A stretch of 64,000 nucleotides of DNA from Ranitomeya imitator (lineage: Eukaryota): contig NC_091286.1 in assembly GCF_032444005.1 (NCBI RefSeq), positions 82,212,001-82,276,000 on the forward strand, in the 5' to 3' direction. Shown here one piece after another: positions 59,796 to 64,000 of this stretch (position 1 is the first letter of the stretch; each line of letters opens with the position of its first letter). The notes beneath the pieces are model-generated. The model was not told the DNA's origin. It worked only from the letters and a program-made list of their open reading frames with translations, and did no database searches. Made by a program: the position numbers and the translations under genes.

Positions 59796-61837
59796 AGGAA
59801 AAACCCAATGTGGCTAAACAAAGAAGTAAGACAGGCAATTAACAGTAAAAAGAAAGCATTTGCACTACTAAAGCAGGATGGCACCATTGAAGCTCTAAAA
59901 AACTATAGGGAGAAAAATACTTTATCTAAAAAACTAATTAAAGCTGCCAAAAAGGAAACAGAGAAGCACATTGCTAAGGAGAGTAAAACTAATCCCAAAC
60001 TGTTCTTCAACTATATCAATAGTAAAAGAATAAAAACTGAAAATGTAGGCCCCTTAAAAAATAGTGAGGAAAGAATGGTTGTAGATGACGAGGAAAAAGC
60101 TAACATATTAAACACCTTCTTCTCCACGGTATTCACGGTGGAAAATGAAATGCTAGGTGAAATCCCAAGAAACAATGAAAACCCTATATTAAGGGTCACC
60201 AATCTAACCCAAGAAGAGGTGCGAAACCGGCTAAATAAGATTAAAATAGATAAATCTCCGGGTCCGGATGGCATACACCCACGAGTACTAAGAGAACTAA
60301 GTAATGTAATAGATAAACCATTATTTCTTATTTTTAGGGACTCTATAGAGACAGGGTCTGTTCCGCAGGATTGGCGCATAGCAAATGTGGTGCCAATATT
60401 CAAAAAGGGCTCTAAAAGTGAACCTGGAAATTATAGGCCAGTAAGTCTAACCTCTATTGTTGGTAAAATATTTGAAGGGTTTCTGAGGGATGTTATTCTG
60501 GATTATCTCAATGAGAATAACTGTTTAACTCCATATCAGCATGGGTTTATGAGAAATCGCTCCTGTCAAACCAATCTAATCAGTTTTTATGAAGAGGTAA
60601 GCTATAGACTGGACCACGGTGAGTCATTGGACGTGGTATATCTCGATTTTTCCAAAGCGTTTGATACCGTGCCGCACAAGAGGTTGGTACGCAAAATGAG
60701 AATGCTTGGTCTGGGGGAAAATGTGTGTAAATGGGTTAGTAACTGGCTTAGTGATAGAAAGCAGAGGGTGGTTATAAATGGTATAGTCTCTAACTGGGTC
60801 GCTGTGACCAGTGGGGTACCGCAGGGGTCAGTATTGGGACCTGTTCTCTTCAACATATTCATTAATGATCTGGTAGAAGGTTTACACAGTAAAATATCGA
60901 TATTTGCAGATGATACAAAACTATGTAAAGCAGTTAATACAAGAGAAGATAGTATTCTGCTACAGATGGATCTGGATAAGTTGGAAACTTGGGCTGAAAG
61001 GTGGCAGATGAGGTTTAACAATGATAAATGTAAGGTTATACACATGGGAAGAGGGAATAAATATCACCATTACACACTGAACGGGAAACCACTGGGTAAA
61101 TCTGACAGGGAGAAGGACTTGGGGATCCTAGTTAATGATAAACTTACCTGGAGCAGCCAGTGCCAGGCAGCAGCTGCCAAGGCAAACAGGATCATGGGGT
61201 GCATTAAAAGAGGTCTGGATACACATGATGAGAGCATTATACTGCCTCTGTACAAATCCCTAGTTAGACCGCACATGGAGTACTGTGTCCAGTTTTGGGC
61301 ACCGGTGCTCAGGAAGGATATAATGGAACTAGAGAGAGTACAAAGGAGGGCAACAAAATTAATAAAGGGGATGGGAGAACTACAATACCCAGATAGATTA
61401 GCGAAATTAGGATTATTTAGTCTAGAAAAAAGACGACTGAGGGGCGATCTAATAACCATGTATAAGTATATAAGGGGACAATACAAATATCTCGCTGAGG
61501 ATCTGTTTATACCAAGGAAGGTGACGGGCACAAGGGGGCATTCTTTGCGTCTGGAGGAGAGAAGGTTTTTCCACCAACATAGAAGAGGATTCTTTACTGT
61601 TAGGGCAGTGAGAATCTGGAATTGCTTGCCTGAGGAGGTGGTGATGGCGAACTCAGTCGAGGGGTTCAAGAGAGGCCTGGATGTCTTCCTGGAGCAGAAC
61701 AATATTGTATCATACAATTATTAGGTTCTGTAGAAGGACGTAGATCTGGGTATTTATTATGATGGAATATAGGCTGAACTGGATGGACAAATGTCTTTTT
61801 TCGGCCTTACTAACTATGTTACTATGTTACTATGTTA
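59796..61837 (+). mobile_element. 5'-truncated CR1 LINE with an uninterrupted RT-containing ORF2 part (to 61724)
   Basis: KSPGPDGIHPRVL, NYRPVSLTS, YLDFSKAFD, GVPQGSVLGP and FADD motifs; (ACTATGTT)3 tail. Confidence 0.96.
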
Positions 61838-62693
61838 TTGGCAGCACATGTCCTATTTACACTGGGGATATGCTGCTAATAACGAGACGGCTTATAAATT
61901 ATTATACGCACCATGATCGTCACACTCGTGACTCGTGCTGGGCCTACAAATCGGAAGAGGCACCTGGAATGTCGGCAGAACTAGATAAGGGTGCCTGTCC
62001 GGCGATCACAGAATACTGATATGGCCACTGAACCAGGGTCCTGCAAATGCATTCTCTTTATTAGTACAACCTACTCATTGTTTTTTTTTATTATTTATTT
62101 ATGTTTTTTCTGAACCACTGACCTGAAAATCATTCATGGACAAAATTTTTAATGAATATATGCCTGATTTTTTTTTTTTTATAAATGCCACACCTTCAAT
62201 CCACAGCATCAAAATACCCCCAAACATAACACATGCAAACCTTAGTGGTACCCACATTTCTTGAATACGCCACAGTGGGTACTCAAAAAGGTTTGAGGAG
62301 TAATTGGCGTAGTTGAGATGTGTGGGCGGGCAGGGCTCCAATGCGTTGTAGCGCTACTGGAAGGCTGCATGCACGATGACAATACATACATCGCAAATGC
62401 TCTATGCTCCTCAGGACTCGATGAGGCATGGAATAGTATTTGTGATGTGTGTGTCTGCATTCTTAAGTAAAAAGTAGCCAGCCACTGTAACTACATGCAC
62501 CACCATATAGCTGCTGACTAAGAAGCCGCTGGCACTGTTACTTGTAAGACGTGTCTGAGTGACTACTGACTGAATTGGAGGCTCAGCGTTGGCTGCTGTA
62601 TAGGGTAGTGCAATATACGCAGGAAAGTTTGACTGTGGTCACTTTTCTGCTTTCATTGGCTGAAGGTAATCACAGGGTTGCTACTCCACCGAA

Positions 62694-63110
62694 GGCTAAT
62701 TTCACACTAGCGTCGGATTCGGCCCGTCGCATTGCGTCGGACCGAGATTCCGACGCTAGCGTTTGATGCGCCGCACAACGGGTGCAGCGGATGCATTTCT
62801 CCGGCGCATCCGCTGCCCCATTGTGAGGTGGGGGCGGAGTTCCGGCCGCGCATGCGCAGTCGGAAAAAGCGGTCCGTCGGCAGCAAAAAACGTTACATTT
62901 AACTTTTTTTTTTTTTGCTCCAGGCGGCCCGCCACAACACAGCGCAACCGTCGCATGACGGTTGTGACGTGTGTCAATACGTCGCAATGCGTCGGTAATG
63001 TTACTCTATGGGGCAAAAATGCATCCTGCAAACAACTTTGCAGGATGCCTTTTTTTCACCTAAACGACGCATTGCGACGTATTAAAAAAAACGCTAGTGT
63101 GAAAGTAGCC
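62694..63110. mobile_element. Harbinger-type MITE
   Basis: GGCTAATTTCACACTAGCG...CGCTAGTGTGAAAGTAGCC. Confidence 0.75.
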
Positions 63111-63484
63111 CAAGTGACAGCCATGAGGAAGGAGTCTGTTCTTGTACTGCACATAGTCTTTGGCACATGGCTGTGTCAGCGTGCTTCTACTGCACATAGT
63201 CATCTCTCACATGCACAGTACAAGTTTTAAAAAATAATAATTCATAGACAATGCAATGTTTCTGTGAGCTATCGCAGATGACAGGAAACCAACACTTTTT
63301 TTCTGCCAACTGTCCATGAATTTACAGTACATTGGCAACCCAGATGCCCTAAACAGATTCCAGGTCAGCAAACTTTCATTGTAGCAAATTGTTTAGAATA
63401 CCTGGTTTAACACTTGTTGGAAAAATTGCTTGTGTTCTGTACAAACAGATCATTTTACTGTCAATTCACTATATGCAAATTCAT

Positions 63485-64000
63485 GTGGTCGAACGTTTAC
63501 ACACAACCAAGTTAACGGTTCTTTTATATAGTTCGGATAATTCCTGAAAACCTTGTAATTGCTGTAGAGGCTTTTAAAGGGCCAATTTACATAATTGAGT
63601 TAATTGGGGGTGTACATATGGCAATATGTTAAGGCCTACCTTCAACACCTGCTTGATATGGGCAAATTAAACTAAATCACCCAAGACATCAGTCAAAAAG
63701 AATTCCATCCACATGTCTGGTATGTCCTGGGGAGCAATTAAATGCCCGAAGGTGCCACTGTCACGTGTTCAAAAGGATAATCTGCAAACGTAAACACTAT
63801 TTGAGCACACGGCCATCATACTGTTCACGAAGGAGACTCGTTCTGTCTCCTACAATGTACTTTGGTGCAAAAAAAATACAAATGAATGCAAGAACTGCAA
63901 ACAATCTTGTGAAATGAACAATGACTCCAAGTATAATCCCAGGGTTGAAACAATATTGCTAAGACAAACATATGAGGGTAATGGAGTGACGATCGAAAGA
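63485..64000 (+). mobile_element. Heavily decayed Sleeping Beauty/Tdr1-like Tc1 relic (left end and transposase N-terminus)
   Basis: AAGGCCTACCTTCAA...ATGGGCAAA leader; fragments resembling MGKSKEISQD, GAISKRLKVP, QPSYRSGRRRVLSP. Confidence 0.6.

Noticed and set aside
1-64000. Prokaryotic or phage system (recombinase, RT and methyltransferase together) or contamination
   Set aside because: All three domains lie within DIRS ITR/ICR structures inside introns of a correctly phased vertebrate PSME4 gene. No rRNA, tRNA or operon features were recognised.

Overview
Vertebrate nuclear DNA, most likely an anuran frog with a TE-inflated genome (inference from repeat content). The only host gene is the 3' part of PSME4 (proteasome activator PA200) on the + strand: 13 coding exons (2991-55364, about 561 aa, ending in the YYA motif) whose phases all join correctly, including one GC-AG intron, plus a probable non-coding last exon (58478-~59340). 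Introns are dominated by five DIRS1-type tyrosine-recombinase retrotransposons of three subfamilies (here A, B, C), all in the same orientation as PSME4. One is a 13.5-kb nest: a near-intact DIRS-A contains a DIRS-C, which contains two TTAA-target DNA elements. Also present are an intact DD35E Tc1/mariner transposase, two Tc1 relics, CR1 and L2 LINEs, many hAT-, Harbinger-, Kolobok/T2-, piggyBac- and pogo-type non-autonomous elements, two minisatellites and a 349-N gap. The most interesting signal is how the DIRS elements may be expressed: a short spliceosomal-type intron at an equivalent position upstream of the ORF1 zinc finger in all three subfamilies, and a ~1.9-kb dual-coded ORF2/ORF3 region in which ORF3 follows the ORF1 UGA-C stop in frame. 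All homology calls come from recognising motifs by eye; no database searches were run.
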